Part shown: piece by piece, positions 33,451-34,393 of the stretch
How positions within the stretch are numbered: position 1 is the first letter of the stretch
How the letters are laid out: each line of letters begins with the position of its first letter
Origin: Octopus bimaculoides
Lineage: Eukaryota
Assembly: GCF_001194135.2 (NCBI RefSeq)
Contig: NC_069007.1
Location: forward strand, 6,031,219 to 6,065,611
Length of the DNA stretch: 34,393 nucleotides
Direction: 5' to 3'
Position numbers and translations under genes: made by a program
Notes under the pieces: model-generated
The model's database searches: none
Told to the model about the DNA's origin: nothing
What the model saw: only the letters and a program-made list of their open reading frames with translations

Positions 33451-34095
33451 TATATATCATTGCGTTATAGATGTATGCTCTGAAACAGCATACCACTGCA
33501 ATTTACCATTTGTTAGTGATTCCCTACTCCTGGCAGATGACATCTTTGTAACACTCAGGCCAGAGCCCTCCAACTCATGAGTCTGTATGGATTGTCACTG
33601 CTGGATAAATTTTAATAAGGTCAAAGTGCAAATCCTATCTCAACCCCTTTTAGTTGCCTTTTACTACACACCCAGGAAACATTAAACCTATTCTTCAACA
33701 TGCTGGCTCCCAAGCAGCCCTAGACCAATGCGAAACGAAGTGATTTTTTGGCTCAAAAACACAACATGCCTCCTGGTCCAAGAATCGAACACATGACCCA
33801 GCAATCATCAATGCAACACCCTAACCACTAGACCAGGTCATATGCCTTTACTTAAATGTATATAAATATATATCACTAGCAAATACCCAGCCTGTTGATA
33901 ACTGCATTGGCCTATATAAACACATGCAATTCCACAGAAGTTAAATCATCCACCGGAGAACCGCTATTGATCATGAGGGGATTGTCATTCTATGACGTCA
34001 TTATATACACACACACTCCTATATATACATACATATATATATATATCATATACACATATATAAGTGTATGTATACATATATATATATATATATAT

Positions 34096-34234
34096 CATCA
34101 TCATCGTTTAACGTCCGCTTTCCATGCTAGCATGGGTTGGACGATTTGACTGAGGACTGGTGAAACCGGATGGCAACACCAGGCTCCAGTCCGATTTGGC
34201 AGAGTTTCTACAGCTGGATGCCCTTCCTAACGCC
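34096..34234 (-). mobile_element. Repeat family F, 3' part
   Basis: catcatcgtttaacgtccgctttccatgctagcatgggttggacg..gatgcccttcctaacgcc. Confidence 0.85.
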
Positions 34235-34277
34235 ATATATATATATATATATATATATACATACATACACATATATA

Positions 34278-34309
<32 letters not shown>

Positions 34310-34393
34310 GATAGATACAAACATACAAACATAATATATATACACACACACACACACACATATATATACACATATATAAGTGTGTGTATATAT

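Noticed and set aside
33876-33900. actagcaaatacccagcc as a Helitron 3' CTAG end (minus strand)
   Set aside because: No convincing subterminal hairpin and no linked Helitron sequence.

Overview
Repeat-dense, AT-rich eukaryotic intergenic or intronic DNA from a fragmented draft assembly with 8 N-gaps, nearly all flanked by microsatellites. The SINE and microsatellite landscape resembles a cephalopod (octopus-like) genome; this is recalled similarity, not a search result. No intact host gene or intact transposon ORF can be supported. Content: Helitron remnants (2.1-3.65 kb); a nested cluster of Mag-like Gypsy remnants and L1/Tx1-like ORF1 copies that end without an ORF2 (5.7-10.7 kb); a fold-back mariner built from two 5' ends (10.8-11.4 kb); a decayed Penelope-like RT + GIY-YIG element (12.7-14.07 kb); a 132-bp spacerless palindrome; a Dong/R4-like 3' end; Tc1/mariner fragments; and many copies of several SINE-like families. 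The most notable item is an apparently intact type I hammerhead ribozyme (minus strand, 32271-32348). It lies in a non-coding 519-bp unit with a perfect 59-bp terminal direct repeat and a 103-bp inverted segment, a Penelope-derived or retrozyme-like architecture. A second, decayed hammerhead of a different family lies 740 bp away.
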